Notes: generated by a model not told the origin, from the sequence alone. A stretch of 64,000 nt of DNA from Candidatus Methylacidiphilales bacterium (GCA_035508775.1 DATJMI010000039.1:11857-75856); one strand, 5' to 3'; positions 37,255 through 47,511 are shown, counted from the first letter of the stretch. Program-made: numbers and translations.

Positions 37255-38167
37255 CAAAAAACAAATCGAGGAACCACCCCAGCCAACTCCGGTTACTTGC
37301 ATCCGGTTTCGGTGCGGCGGGCGCAGAGGCGGGCGCAGCCCCGGGCGCGCTGCCCGCGATGTTAGGGGATGCCTCCCCGGACGGGACGGCCGGCGCCGCC
37401 GGTTTCGTCGATGCGGGCGGATGCATGGTGACACAGATGGCGCCGGTGAGCATGACCTGGCTATTGAAGGGCGCCTCCAGGAGCGATCCACTGACCAGCA
37501 TCAGCCCCGTGACGGGAGCGCTGAAACCTCTCTCCCGCCAATCCCCCGAGGTGATCACCGTGGGGGTGAGAATCTTGCGCCCGGTCTCACTCGAATCGTG
37601 GGCCGGATCGTGGATCAGCATCAGGCCGGGCTCGGCGTTCACCAAAGTGACGGCATGACCTATGCCCATGACATCGGTGTAGCAGTTGGCGTCGGGATGA
37701 AACATGCAGTAGGAAAAAAGAAGAATGTAACCCTTGTTGGGATCGTCATTGCCATAGAGCCAGTCCTCGGTTAGCGGCAACGGAACCTTTTCATCGGGAG
37801 AGCCATAGTCGAGACCGCGGTATTCCACGTCGGCGTCGTAACCGGCGTCGCGGACGAATTTTTGGATGCCCAACGTGAGTTTGGATTGCCGGGTACCCTT
37901 ATAAAAGCTGGCATCGGTGTCGCCCATGATCAGGTGAATGGTATGAAGATCGCGCTCATCCTCGCTGTCGCCGGAGGCGATCAGGTTCGGATAGCCGTTA
38001 TGGCCAAACCAAACCATGAGATTGCCGGCCGCGGTGGGAAAACAGGTTTGGTCAACCTGGGCGAGATCGGGCATGCCCTCCTTTTCCGTGGCCCGCGCGG
38101 GCAAAGCCCAAATACCGGCCAAGCCGAGCAGAAACACCGTTAGGAAATGTCGCCGGGGAAAGCCCAT
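37235..38167 (-). CDS. Secreted papain-fold (C39-like) cysteine peptidase-like protein
   Basis: Signal peptide; Q....C.PTA..N, GHAVTLV, IHDP consistent with a Cys-His-Asp triad. Confidence 0.6.
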   Translation of the reverse strand: MGFPRRHFLTVFLLGLAGIWALPARATEKEGMPDLAQVDQTCFPTAAGNLMVWFGHNGYPNLIASGDSEDERDLHTIHLIMGDTDASFYKGTRQSKLTLGIQKFVRDAGYDADVEYRGLDYGSPDEKVPLPLTEDWLYGNDDPNKGYILLFSYCMFHPDANCYTDVMGIGHAVTLVNAEPGLMLIHDPAHDSSETGRKILTPTVITSGDWRERGFSAPVTGLMLVSGSLLEAPFNSQVMLTGAICVTMHPPASTKPAAPAVPSGEASPNIAGSAPGAAPASAPAAPKPDASNRSWLGWFLDLFFGGSPKK

Positions 38168-38307
38168 AAGATTCGACTAGCAGTTATTGTACTCCGATTT
38201 TTTTTAAATTAAATGAATTCCCGAAATAGGCTGAGGATCTTCGGATTCACTTGTATCACTTCCGTCTACTGGAGCTTGAAGGAGGTGATTGCGCTGTTAT
38301 ACCAAGG

Positions 38308-38484
38308 GTGGTGCTTCAAAAGCTGCGCAACGCTAAAGGAATTACTGTTCTCCTAGGCATCTCCTCGATTGCCCTGGGCGTCCTGGGGCTCCTCATGAGG
38401 ACCGAGAGCGTCTGGGTGAACGCTTACTGGATATTATTCGGTATAATGTGGATTCTCATTGGAATTTTTAAGAAGTGGGGCTGA
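38308..38484 (+). CDS. Small two-TM hypothetical protein
   Basis: Two hydrophobic helices; start uncertain (38251-38311). Confidence 0.5.
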   Translation: MVLQKLRNAKGITVLLGISSIALGVLGLLMRTESVWVNAYWILFGIMWILIGIFKKWG

Positions 38485-38584
38485 ATTTCAAACTATACCA
38501 CTGCCCCACAAGAGAACCACTTGACCTCGGTTGGTCTTTGCGCTCTAATATCCGGCTCAACTTAACCGGGTTTTCCCGCTTTTT

Positions 38585-39346
38585 ATGGCCAAATCATTCT
38601 CTCTCCAGGTATCTCAACGCGCAGGCATTGGACGCACCAGCCTCAAAGCCGTGCGCCGCGCGGGCCGCGTCCCCGGCGTTCTCTACGGAAAAACCAAGGA
38701 TAAGACCGTTCGTTCCCGCCCGATTGAAATCGACGCGAAGAAGCTCAGCCATCTTCTCCATTCCTCGACCAGCGAAAACGTCCTCGTCGATGTGGAATTG
38801 ACCGATGCCTCCGGCGCGAAGATCGACCAGCATCTCGCCATTCTCCTCGACGTGCAGCATCATCCGCTGGAAGACTACATCGTCCATGTCGACCTTCATG
38901 AAATCGCCCAGGATGAAATTCTTCATGCCGAAGTTCCCGTCGCCAGCGTGGGCGAACCGGTCGGCGTCAAAACCGGCGGTGGTCTTCTCGAAACGATGCT
39001 GCGCACTATCCGCGTCGCCTGTCTTCCACGCGATCTGCCCGACCTGATCACGGCCGACGTCAGCCATCTCGACCTGGGCCATTCAGTCCACGTGCGCGAG
39101 CTGAAGCTGCCTCCCAACGTCACCGCGACGAATCCTCCCGAACTGCCCGTCTTCAGCGTCTTCGCGCCGAAAGAGGAAGCGGTGGCAACGCCCACGGCGG
39201 AAATCCAGCAGCCCGAAGTCATCAAGGAAAAGAAGGTTGAGGGCGAAGCCGCTCCCGCCGTCGAGGCCAAGGGCGGGAAACCCGATGCGAAGACCGCCGC
39301 CAAGCCGGACGCCAAAGCCGCGTCCAAACCGGAAGCCAAAAAGTAA
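38585..39346 (+). CDS. rplY: 50S ribosomal protein bL25/Ctc
   Basis: RR.GRVPGVLYG, VQHHP..HVD, GVK.GG. Confidence 0.95.
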   Translation: MAKSFSLQVSQRAGIGRTSLKAVRRAGRVPGVLYGKTKDKTVRSRPIEIDAKKLSHLLHSSTSENVLVDVELTDASGAKIDQHLAILLDVQHHPLEDYIVHVDLHEIAQDEILHAEVPVASVGEPVGVKTGGGLLETMLRTIRVACLPRDLPDLITADVSHLDLGHSVHVRELKLPPNVTATNPPELPVFSVFAPKEEAVATPTAEIQQPEVIKEKKVEGEAAPAVEAKGGKPDAKTAAKPDAKAASKPEAKK

Positions 39347-39373
39347 CCTGCGATTGACGCGCGTCACGGAAAA

Positions 39374-39961
39374 GTGTCCTACAAGCTCATCGTTGGTCTG
39401 GGCAATCCCGGCGCGGAGTATCTCTTTACCCGGCATAATACCGGATTTCTCGTTCTCGATGCCTGGGCGGACGAGGAGGGTCTGACCTTTGAGGATGAGC
39501 GCGCCCGTTACTCCAAAACCGCGCAACTGCCGTCCGGCGAACGGCTGGTCAAGCCGATGACTTATATGAACGAAAGCGGCAAAGCCGTCGGCGCCTGGCT
39601 CGATTGGCTCAAATTGAGCCCCTCCGATCTGCTCGTTATCGTCGATGACGTGGCGCTGCCCTTGGGCCAAATCCGGCTCCGGCCCGATGGGTCGAGCGGC
39701 GGTCACAATGGGCTTAAATCGATCGAGAGCCGTCTCGGCGCCGGCAATTATGCCCGTTTGCGTTGCGGAATCGACACGGTTCCGCCAGGATGGACTTTGG
39801 AACGGTGGGTTCTTTCCCGGTTTGATCCCCGGGAGGATGAGGCCGTGGGGCAAATGATCCGCGCCGCCCGTTTGGCGATTGAATGTTGCCAGCGCGAAGG
39901 AATTCAGGTAGCGATGAATCGGTTCAATGCCCAAAAAACTATTGAACCTCTGAATGAATGA
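39374..39961 (+). CDS. pth: Peptidyl-tRNA hydrolase
   Basis: GLGNPG, TRHN.GF, KP.TYMN.SG, GGHNGL. Confidence 0.96.
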   Translation: MSYKLIVGLGNPGAEYLFTRHNTGFLVLDAWADEEGLTFEDERARYSKTAQLPSGERLVKPMTYMNESGKAVGAWLDWLKLSPSDLLVIVDDVALPLGQIRLRPDGSSGGHNGLKSIESRLGAGNYARLRCGIDTVPPGWTLERWVLSRFDPREDEAVGQMIRAARLAIECCQREGIQVAMNRFNAQKTIEPLNE

Positions 39962-39989
39962 TATGCTATTAACAGGAGAAGATGAGCAA

Positions 39990-40286
39990 ATGAACAATTA
40001 CGACGGCCTTTACATCCTTAATATCCAGGGGAAGGACGAGGGCCTTAAAGAGGCCATCGAAAGCATCGAGAAAGAAATCGAGGGCGTCGGCGGCAAGGTC
40101 AATGGAACCCAGAAAATGGATCGCCGGCGCTTCGAGCGGGTCGCGGGTGAACTCGATAGCGGCTTTTATGTCAATATCCAGTTTAGCGCCGAGCCGGAGA
40201 AGATCGAAGTTTTGCGCACCAAACTGGCCCTGAATGAAATGGTTTACCGGCAGTTCTACCTTAAGCAGGAGACGGTCGTTGCCTAA
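39990..40286 (+). CDS. rpsF: 30S ribosomal protein bS6
   Basis: Size, fold pattern and position between pth and ssb. Confidence 0.85.
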   Translation: MNNYDGLYILNIQGKDEGLKEAIESIEKEIEGVGGKVNGTQKMDRRRFERVAGELDSGFYVNIQFSAEPEKIEVLRTKLALNEMVYRQFYLKQETVVA

Positions 40287-40306
40287 AGCGCGCCCCGGAA
40301 CCGGCC

Positions 40307-40759
40307 ATGGCCAACTTCAACAAGGTTCTCCTGATCGGAAATTTGACCCGCGATCCGGAAGTGCGTTACACGCCCAAGGGCACGGCCGTGGGCGATCTGG
40401 CCCTTGCGATCAACGACAGCTACAAAGCCCAGGACGGCTCCATCAAGGAGACGGTGACCTACGTCGACATCGAGGTCTGGGGACGGCAAGCCGAGACCTG
40501 CAAGCAGTACCTGACCAAGGGACGCCCGGTGTTCATCGAGGGCCGCCTTAAACTTGACCAGTGGGAACAGGAAGGGCAGAAAAAAAGCCGCATGAAAGTC
40601 GTCGCCGAACGCGTTCAATTTCTCGGCGGCGGCGCCGGACGCGGCGGCGGCAATGGCGGAGGCGGTGGCGGTGGCGAGGCCGCCCGCCCGGCCAAGCCCG
40701 CGCCAGCCGGTCCCGACGATTTGCCCCCGCCGCCCTCGGATGATGATATACCCTTTTGA
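40307..40759 (+). CDS. ssb: Single-stranded DNA-binding protein
   Basis: NKVLLIGNLTRDPE, Gly-rich linker, DDDIPF tail. Confidence 0.97.
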   Translation: MANFNKVLLIGNLTRDPEVRYTPKGTAVGDLALAINDSYKAQDGSIKETVTYVDIEVWGRQAETCKQYLTKGRPVFIEGRLKLDQWEQEGQKKSRMKVVAERVQFLGGGAGRGGGNGGGGGGGEAARPAKPAPAGPDDLPPPPSDDDIPF

Positions 40760-40789
40760 CGCATCACTCGCTCATCAAGCAACGCCGGC

Positions 40790-41161
40790 ATGACCACCAC
40801 CAACGAGCCCGATTTTGATTGGTCTCAGGCTGCATCGCTGCTCGGCGATGACCCGGCCCAAGTCGAACCCGACATGGCCGCCATTATCCTGGAATTGATT
40901 CAAAGCTCCGAGGCGCGGTTCAAGGAATTAAAGGCCAAGAACGCCGAAACGGAACGCCCCGTGATTTGTTCGCTGGCCCATCAATTGCGCGGCAGCCTGC
41001 TCAATTTCGGCTTCACCGCCGTCGGCGCGATTCTTTGGGACATCGAAAAGCGCGAGTATCCGGCTTCCGAATATCCCGCTCTCATCGAAAAGGCCCACGC
41101 CACCTTCGACGTCTCCAAGAAGATGTTCGGCGCCCGCTACCACTCTCTGGGGATCTCCTAG
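40790..41161 (+). CDS. Stand-alone Hpt (histidine phosphotransfer) domain protein
   Basis: AHQLRGS..NFG motif in a helical 123-aa protein. Confidence 0.8.
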   Translation: MTTTNEPDFDWSQAASLLGDDPAQVEPDMAAIILELIQSSEARFKELKAKNAETERPVICSLAHQLRGSLLNFGFTAVGAILWDIEKREYPASEYPALIEKAHATFDVSKKMFGARYHSLGIS

Positions 41162-41169
41162 ATGCCATG

Positions 41170-41441
41170 GTGTTAACCCTAAAGATGGTTGACGTTGCCA
41201 GGGATTTGGCTGCTGAGCGAGGCGGAGAAACCGGGCAATACCCTCCGCGGTCTTGGCCGGCTTCGGCAACGAAGCGCAGCAGCCAAAGGGCGGCAACCCC
41301 AAGGGCGAGGGCCGGCCGGGCACGAATCCGGCGTTGCTCGCTCAGTCGAGTAGCCCTGCGGCTATGCTTGTCGCTCGGTTCCTTGCTCCAAGGCAAAAAT
41401 CCTTTCGATGTGCCCCATGCCTACTTTTCGGATAACCTCTA
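41170..41441. repeat. Palindromic mosaic element C
   Basis: Right ~70 bp nearly identical to element B end; left arm TTTGGCTGCTG...CAGCAGCCAAA around the shared CGAGGCG/GCAACGAAG core; left boundary approximate. Confidence 0.8.
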
Positions 41442-41462
41442 AAGGAAGCGTGCTGTCTGGAA

Positions 41463-43658
41463 TCACTTGTTTTCGGACTTTTGTCGGGCCAAGGTATCGA
41501 GTTTGATCAGGTTGTTGTGCGCGTCGGTGTAATTGGGATTTAACTGGACCGCTTTTTGGAAAGCGGAGATGGCTTTGGCGGATTGTCCCTGCCGAAAGAG
41601 CGCGATGCCGAGGCCATTATAGGTGTTGGCGTCGCCAGGGTTGAATCGAATGGCTTTTTGGTACTGTTCAATCGCGCCGCCGAGGTCGCCTTTTTGCAGA
41701 AGAAACCATCCCAGATTGTCATGGAGCGAGGCATCGTTGGGTGTAATTTCCAGGGCGATTTGAAGCTGTTCGATCGCGCCGTTCACGTCTCCTTTTCGTG
41801 CCAGGGCCAAGCCGAGGCTGTTGCAGGCCTTGGTGTAGTCCGGATCGATTTGCACAGCTTTTTGGTAATGGGCAATGGCCTCGTCGAGTTCTCCCTTTTG
41901 GGAAAGAGCATTGCCGAGATTGTAGTGGGCTTCGGGAAAATCGGGATTTGTTTGCAAAGCTTGCTGGTAGGCGGCGATGGCTTCGTCCAGCCGCCCCTCT
42001 TGCGAGAGGGCCAAACCGAGATTATTGCCGATCTCGGCGGAGTCGGGGTTTGATTGCAGCGCTTGTTGGTAGTGAATAATCGCTTCGCCGGTAAGTCCTT
42101 TTTGGGCAAGGGCGTTGCCAAGATTGTTATGGGTTTTGACGTCGTTCGGGTTGATTTTCAAGGCTTCCTGGAATTGCTCAATCGCCCCGTCCACCTGTCC
42201 CTTTTGCAGGAGGCCATTGCCGAGGTTGTTGTGGGTATCGGTGTAGTTTGGTTGAATGGCCAGGGCTGTTTCAAACTCCCCGATGGCCGTATCCATTTGT
42301 CCCTTTTTCAAAAGGAGGTTGCCGATGTTGTCATAGGCCACCCAGGAGTCTGGATCTTGCGCCAGCATGCGGGTCCAAAATGTCTCCGCATTTTGGTAGG
42401 CCCAAGCCCGTTGCCAGCTCAATATTCCGAGAATAACCAGCAGTCCACCGCCGGGGATCGATTGTAACCAGCGTTTTCCCGGAATGACACGGTTCGAGAT
42501 TTGGGTCAGCCCGGCGCCGGCCAGCGCCAGGGGACCCATGCCGGCGAGATATTGAAAATGATCGCTGACGAATGAATAGCGAAAAAAGTAGTCGTTGAAA
42601 AAGCCAAGCACGGGAAAGAGCGCCGCCAGAAAACAGGCGAAGGCAAAAAAGGCCGGCCGTAACGCTTGGTTGCGGTATCGCCACAAAAACAAAAGAGCCA
42701 GCGTGGCCGCCGCCAGCGGTACATAGGCCGTCCATTGCGAGGGTTCAATCTTCCACCGTGGATAGATAGGAATCAGCGGATGTGGCCACACCAGCTTGCT
42801 CAAATAAAACCAGATGATTTTTCCCGCGATGACTGACCGTTCCGGCCAGGTTTGTTCCCATTCGGGACCGATGGCGCCAGCGTAGAATTTCTGATTCCAA
42901 ACCGTCCACATGCCGTCCGCAAGGGAGATCACAAAAAGGGGGATAAGCCGGGTGGCATGGCGCCAATTCCAGCGACCCTCCACCCACCAGGCGCATAGGC
43001 AAAGAATCACGGGAAGAATGACGGTGGATGACTTGCTGGCCATGGCCAGAACGGCGAAAAGCAAGGTTAATCCGTAGAGCCGGTCTCCACCGCGGGACTT
43101 TTCTGTTTTCAGCCATTTGACGAAGAAGAGAATGGAGAGCAGAAAAAACAAAGCCGATTGCGTGTTCTTGATTTCAGTGATCCACGCCACCGATTGGACT
43201 TGCACGGGATGAAGGGCCCAGAGGGCCGCGCCGAGCCAGGCGCCCGCCACGTGCAGGCTTCGCAAAACTTGCCAAAGCAAGACGGCGCAGGCCGCGTGCA
43301 ACAAGACGTTCACGAGGTGATAGGGCAGCGCGGTCAAGCCCCACAGCGCGTGTTCCAGCCAAACCACCGTCAGGGTTAGCGGACAAATGTCGGCGGCGCG
43401 CGTGGTCCAAATTTCCTTCAATCCCAACGGTCCCACGATGCACGGATTGGCTGTGATGAAGGTGTTGTCGTCCCAGATGTATCCGGCCCGCCAAACCGGC
43501 GTATAGGCGAGGATGATTGCCAGAACCAGAACCGATTCCCCAAACACATCGCGGTTTGGCCGGAGAACCGGCATTGGATCAGACTCCATTTTTTTGGCGG
43601 CGTGCGGCGTGGAGGCATGGACGGTGGCCGCGTTTTTTTTCGTAAATCTTTTCGCCAT
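41463..43658 (-). CDS. TMTC-like multi-TM + TPR protein (putative GT-C glycosyltransferase)
   Basis: WDD loop, YH..N..LH, LHP....VAW, SD.FQY, about eight TPR repeats. Confidence 0.85.
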   Translation of the reverse strand: MAKRFTKKNAATVHASTPHAAKKMESDPMPVLRPNRDVFGESVLVLAIILAYTPVWRAGYIWDDNTFITANPCIVGPLGLKEIWTTRAADICPLTLTVVWLEHALWGLTALPYHLVNVLLHAACAVLLWQVLRSLHVAGAWLGAALWALHPVQVQSVAWITEIKNTQSALFFLLSILFFVKWLKTEKSRGGDRLYGLTLLFAVLAMASKSSTVILPVILCLCAWWVEGRWNWRHATRLIPLFVISLADGMWTVWNQKFYAGAIGPEWEQTWPERSVIAGKIIWFYLSKLVWPHPLIPIYPRWKIEPSQWTAYVPLAAATLALLFLWRYRNQALRPAFFAFACFLAALFPVLGFFNDYFFRYSFVSDHFQYLAGMGPLALAGAGLTQISNRVIPGKRWLQSIPGGGLLVILGILSWQRAWAYQNAETFWTRMLAQDPDSWVAYDNIGNLLLKKGQMDTAIGEFETALAIQPNYTDTHNNLGNGLLQKGQVDGAIEQFQEALKINPNDVKTHNNLGNALAQKGLTGEAIIHYQQALQSNPDSAEIGNNLGLALSQEGRLDEAIAAYQQALQTNPDFPEAHYNLGNALSQKGELDEAIAHYQKAVQIDPDYTKACNSLGLALARKGDVNGAIEQLQIALEITPNDASLHDNLGWFLLQKGDLGGAIEQYQKAIRFNPGDANTYNGLGIALFRQGQSAKAISAFQKAVQLNPNYTDAHNNLIKLDTLARQKSENK

Positions 43659-43769
43659 GGAAATCTGGGTTCTCAAGGATGAACTCTTTCCGATTGGGTA
43701 GAAGAAGATTTTGCTTCCGGCTGCGGCTGCGGAGCGGCAGGATTTTGCACTTCCCCGGCGTTCCGGCTC

Positions 43770-46325
43770 TTGACCAGAGCGCGAACTCATTCCTTGAACC
43801 AGTCTTCTCTTCCCATCGCATCATTGCGCGCCAGCCTTGCCCGCGTTTTGCGCGATCAAAACCGGGTTATTATTCAGGCGCCAACCGGCTCCGGCAAGTC
43901 GACCCAGATTCCGCAGTATCTTCTCGACGATCGACTCGCCGGCGCAGGCCGAATCGTCGTTCTCCAGCCACGCCGGCTGGCGGCGCGGCTTCTCGCGCGC
44001 CGTGTCGCCGAAGAACGTCACGGTTCGCCCGGCGGTGAAGTCGGTTTTCAGTACCGGCTGGAGAATGTTTCATCGCGCGCCACCCGCATTCTCTACGTCA
44101 CCGAGGGTATTCTTCTGCGTCAGATGCAGGAAAATCCGGCGCTGCCCGGAGTGAGCGCGCTGGTCTTCGACGAATTTCACGAGCGCCATCTCGAGGGCGA
44201 TCTGGCGCTGGCCCGTGCCCGGCAAATCCAGGAGACGGCGCGACCCGACCTGAAGATCATCGTCATGTCGGCCACATTGGAGACCGGCCTGCTTAAAGAT
44301 TATCTCAAGCCGGTGGAAATTCTCGAATCGCCGGGCCGGACGTTCCCCGTTTCGCTCGAATATCTTGCCAAGCTGAGCGACGCTCCGGTCTGGGATCTTG
44401 CCGCCGAGGCCGCCGAACGGCTCATCGTTTCCGGAAAATGTCCCGAGGGAGATATTCTTGTCTTCATGCCTGGCGCTTACGAGATTCAGCGGACGATCAG
44501 CTCCCTGCGCGATGCTTCCGCCATCCGGGGCTTTGCTTTTCATGCGTTGCACGGAGAACTTCCGCCCGCCGAGCAGGATGCCGCCGTCGCGCCCGGTCCA
44601 AGGCGCAAGATCATTGTTTCCACCAATGTCGCCGAAACGTCGCTCACCATCGACGGCGTCCGCGCCGTGATCGACAGCGGGCTGGCGCGCATGGCCCGGT
44701 TCGATCCCCATCGCGGCATTAACACGCTGCTCATCGAAAAAATCAGCCGCGCCTCCGCGCAACAACGGCTGGGCCGCGCGGGCCGCACCGCGCCCGGCCA
44801 TGGCGTCCGGCTTTGGACCGAACGCGAGCATGAGCAGCGTCCGGCGCAGACGCCGCCGGAGATTCGCCGTCTCGAACTCAGCGGAGCTTTTTTGACTCTC
44901 AAGGCCGGTGGAATCGACGACATCGAACACTTTCCCTGGATCGAGCCGCCCGAGGCGAAGTCATTCACGCGCGCCATTCAGCTCCTTCGTGATCTCGGCG
45001 CGCTTGATCACGAGGACCGGCTGACTTCCCTTGGGCGGCGGATGGCGGCGTTCCCGGCCCATCCGCGTTATGCCCGGATGCTGCTGGCGGCGCACGATCT
45101 CGGCTGCGTCCGCGCCGCCGCGCTTATCGCCGCGCTTTCCCAAAGCCGCCCGATTCTCCTCAAAAGCGAGGGCAAGCGGATGGACGAAGCCCGCGATGAT
45201 CTTTTCGGCGGCGAGGCTGAGTCGGATTTTTTCATCCTCATGCGCGCCTGGCGCTACGCCCAGCGCAACAATTTTGATCCGCAACGCTGCCGCTCTGTCG
45301 GCATCCACGCCGGCGGTGCGCGCGAGGTGGCCGGGACGCTCGATCAGCTTCTTCGCCTCGCCGAGCGGGCCGGGCTCGATGTGGCGGAAAAGCCCGCCGG
45401 ATCAGAGGCGATCCAGCGTTGTCTTCTCACGGGATTTTCCGACCAGCTCGCACGCCGGGTGGACCAGGGCACTTTGCGTTGCCGTCTTGTTCACCAGCGC
45501 ACCGGCGAACTTGCCCGGGAAAGCGTGGCGCGTAAAGCCGTTCTATTCGTCGCCGGAGAAATCCGGGAGATTCAATCCCGCGATGAACTTCGCGTGTTGC
45601 TGAGCCAGGCGACTGCGGTCGAGGAGGTGTGGTTGCGCGATGCTTTCCCCGGCGATTTTACGGAGGGGACACAAACGCTTTTCGATCCGAATCAGCGCCG
45701 CGTTGTCACCCGCCGGACGCGGCTCTTCCGCGATCTCATGCTCGATTTCACCGAACAGGATGCGACCGACCCCGGCGCCGCCGCGCAAATCCTGGCCGAG
45801 GAAGTCCTGTCGGGCCGCTGTCCTCTCAAGAATTGGGATGACGCGGTCGAGCAGTGGTTTATCCGGCTGGCCTGTTTACGCGAGTGGATGCCGGAGCTTG
45901 ATCTGCCCGTCGCCGGTGATGAAGCCCGGCGCGAGATCGTCGCCCGAATCTGCCGCGGCGCTTTCACCTACAAGGCGATCAAGGACATCGAGGTCTGGCC
46001 GGTTTTGCAGGAGTGGCTTTCGCCGCAAGCCGCGCGCTGGCTCGACCAATTCGCGCCCGAACGGCTCGAATTGCCCGGCGGACGCAAGGCAAGGGTCATC
46101 TACACCGCAGGCGCCGCGCCCGTAACCGCCGCCCGCATCCAGGATCTCTACGGCGTCACCAGCCTGACGGTGGCCAAAGGCCGCCAACCGGTGACCATTC
46201 AGATTCTCGCGCCGAATCAACGCCCGGTGCAGATTACCACCGACCTGGCGAATTTTTGGAAGGAGAGTTATCCCAAGCTCAAGCAAGAACTCCAGCGGCG
46301 CTACCCCAAGCATGAGTGGCGGTGA
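43770..46325 (+). CDS. hrpB: ATP-dependent RNA helicase HrpB
   Basis: APTGSGKST, DEFHER, MSAT, QRLGRAGR, RPVQIT.DL..FW..YP, RYPKH.W. Confidence 0.93.
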   Translation: MTRARTHSLNQSSLPIASLRASLARVLRDQNRVIIQAPTGSGKSTQIPQYLLDDRLAGAGRIVVLQPRRLAARLLARRVAEERHGSPGGEVGFQYRLENVSSRATRILYVTEGILLRQMQENPALPGVSALVFDEFHERHLEGDLALARARQIQETARPDLKIIVMSATLETGLLKDYLKPVEILESPGRTFPVSLEYLAKLSDAPVWDLAAEAAERLIVSGKCPEGDILVFMPGAYEIQRTISSLRDASAIRGFAFHALHGELPPAEQDAAVAPGPRRKIIVSTNVAETSLTIDGVRAVIDSGLARMARFDPHRGINTLLIEKISRASAQQRLGRAGRTAPGHGVRLWTEREHEQRPAQTPPEIRRLELSGAFLTLKAGGIDDIEHFPWIEPPEAKSFTRAIQLLRDLGALDHEDRLTSLGRRMAAFPAHPRYARMLLAAHDLGCVRAAALIAALSQSRPILLKSEGKRMDEARDDLFGGEAESDFFILMRAWRYAQRNNFDPQRCRSVGIHAGGAREVAGTLDQLLRLAERAGLDVAEKPAGSEAIQRCLLTGFSDQLARRVDQGTLRCRLVHQRTGELARESVARKAVLFVAGEIREIQSRDELRVLLSQATAVEEVWLRDAFPGDFTEGTQTLFDPNQRRVVTRRTRLFRDLMLDFTEQDATDPGAAAQILAEEVLSGRCPLKNWDDAVEQWFIRLACLREWMPELDLPVAGDEARREIVARICRGAFTYKAIKDIEVWPVLQEWLSPQAARWLDQFAPERLELPGGRKARVIYTAGAAPVTAARIQDLYGVTSLTVAKGRQPVTIQILAPNQRPVQITTDLANFWKESYPKLKQELQRRYPKHEWR

Positions 46326-46377
46326 AATGTGCCGAGTCTTTGGAATAAACGAGGTGCAAGGTGAGATTAGAAGCCGG

Positions 46378-47511
46378 CTATTCGTGACCGCCGTGCTGGC
46401 GCACGAAGTCTGCCATCTCCGTGTCACCGTTAGTCACTTCATTATCTAAAACTGTATGACCTGCGTTGTCTTTGGCGTTGATATCCGCCCCGTGGCTCAA
46501 TAGCAATTCAGCTATGTACTTGTTCCGCCACAACACTGCATCATACAAAGGTGTACGACCTGCGTTATCTTTGGTGTCGATATCCGCTCCATGGCTCAGC
46601 AGGAATTTTACCAATTTGTCCTGTTGCAGGCCCACCGCAACATACAAACACGTTTCGCCTCTATTATCCCGAACATTCACATCGGCTCCGTGGCTCAGCA
46701 GGAGTTCCACCAAATCTGCCTCATGCTTGCTCAAGGCCATATCCAAGGGTGTATTGCCGTCATTATCCTTACTATTAACGTCCGCCCCATGAGCCAATAA
46801 CCATTTCACAAAATCTGGATCGTCATAGTTCCTCATTGTTCGCATTAAAACGGTCTCGCCCACGTAACCCTCGCCTTTGCCGTTGATATCAGCCCCATGA
46901 GCCAGTAGCGCTTCCAAGACATCTTTGTGGTCGTGGTCATGAATGAAATCCATTGCATCCACCGCTGCGCGCAGCGCCGCCGAGCCCATGGCATTAACCT
47001 GAGCCCCGTGAGCCAAGAGCAATTCGACCATACTCTTGTTGCCCTCACTTGCCACCGAAGCCAAGGGCGTATGGCCATCACGGTCTTGGGCATTGACTTC
47101 CGCCCCGTGGGCCAGCAATAAGCTCGCGATCTCCGTATAATTGTTTTCTTCTTCTTCTGGAAGACGTCCACCTACCATAACGCCTCTACCTTCCGAAGCC
47201 GCGTCAAACAAGGGCGGCCAGCCGTTGGCGTTGACATCGGCATTGTTGGCCAGCAGCCATTCCACCATCTCTTTGCGCCCACGGCCCGCCGCCTCGCCCA
47301 GAGGGGTCCTCCCTTCACCGTCCCTGCTGGAAAGCAGGTCGGGATGATAGTTGAGCAGAGCCTTTACCTTTTCTAAATCGCCCTTATTCACCGCATCGCG
47401 CATTTCGTCCATCCCCGCGTTGCGCATTTCGTAGTCACGGAAGATGGCACGACCTCCAAGTAGCAGAAGGACAACGCTACAGGGAATTATAAATCGGTAA
47501 ATTGGCTTCAT
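46378..47511 (-). CDS. Exported ankyrin-repeat protein
   Basis: N-terminal signal/anchor and about nine G.TPL..A / LL.HGAD.N repeats. Confidence 0.9.
   Translation of the reverse strand: MKPIYRFIIPCSVVLLLLGGRAIFRDYEMRNAGMDEMRDAVNKGDLEKVKALLNYHPDLLSSRDGEGRTPLGEAAGRGRKEMVEWLLANNADVNANGWPPLFDAASEGRGVMVGGRLPEEEENNYTEIASLLLAHGAEVNAQDRDGHTPLASVASEGNKSMVELLLAHGAQVNAMGSAALRAAVDAMDFIHDHDHKDVLEALLAHGADINGKGEGYVGETVLMRTMRNYDDPDFVKWLLAHGADVNSKDNDGNTPLDMALSKHEADLVELLLSHGADVNVRDNRGETCLYVAVGLQQDKLVKFLLSHGADIDTKDNAGRTPLYDAVLWRNKYIAELLLSHGADINAKDNAGHTVLDNEVTNGDTEMADFVRQHGGHE

Noticed and set aside
41500-42350. ~102-bp periodic repeats, considered as CRISPR-like
   Set aside because: They are in-frame TPR coding repeats; the same applies to ankyrin repeats at 46400-47350
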